The notes under the pieces are model-generated. The model was not told the DNA's origin and did no database searches. It saw only the letters and a program-made list of their open reading frames with translations. 64,000 bases of DNA from Narcine bancroftii. Its lineage: Eukaryota. Positions within the stretch are counted from its first letter, which is position 1. Each line of letters starts with the position of its first letter. A program made the position numbers and the translations under genes. The stretch spans positions 87,420,001-87,484,000 of the forward strand of contig NC_091473.1 in assembly GCF_036971445.1 (NCBI RefSeq), in the 5' to 3' direction. Below, piece by piece: positions 63,818-64,000 of the stretch.

Positions 63818-64000
63818 GGGCCACTCACATAATGGCTCCTTCAACAATGGCTTCTCTGCTTGTTCCTGCTTCACTTTGATTTGTTCCTGCTAATGAATCA
63901 AAATTTGATTGATTTGCTAAACATCTGAGCCACGCAAACTCTCTTTTTTAAACTCTTCTCGCCAAACTGTGCTTATCTCTCTCTTTTTGAGATTCGATTG

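Larger units (their letters stand above)
52215..63990 (-). mobile_element. Near full-length decayed CR1, split into ~52215-54900, ~57530-58604 and ~63818-63990 by L1 and Gypsy insertions
   Basis: ORF1 esterase motif VGDSIVRGTD. Endonuclease motifs GLYYRPSNS and DFNFLHIDW. MAGELNEYFALVFT. 3' tail near 52220. Confidence 0.75.

Overview
Vertebrate nuclear DNA. The repeat repertoire (CR1, Rex1/Babar, L1, RTE, Penelope, Gypsy, hAT, V-SINE) points to a cartilaginous fish, probably a ray or shark; this is an inference. Most of the window is nested, largely decayed transposable elements. The one host gene I can support is the 5' end of cytosolic phospholipase A2 alpha (PLA2G4A) on the minus strand. 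It has a CpG-rich promoter and candidate non-coding exon 1 near 41.66-41.8 kb, and a first coding exon (35945-36115) encoding MASIDPYQHII followed by a GTAAGT donor. I did not find the next coding exon, so positions 1-35944 appear to be one long intron. That intron holds a frameshifted C2CD2L/TMEM24-like pseudogene fragment. The other notable structures are four Gypsy LTR elements, four solo LTRs, a Charlie/Buster hAT with a perfect 20-bp array at its terminus, a composite double MITE, and a 16-copy tandem amplification of a Gypsy gag start codon that doubles as a YY1-like motif. I see no CRISPR array, RNA gene or clearly new multi-gene system. The findings are element-level and regulatory hypotheses, and all protein matches are from recall, not database searches.
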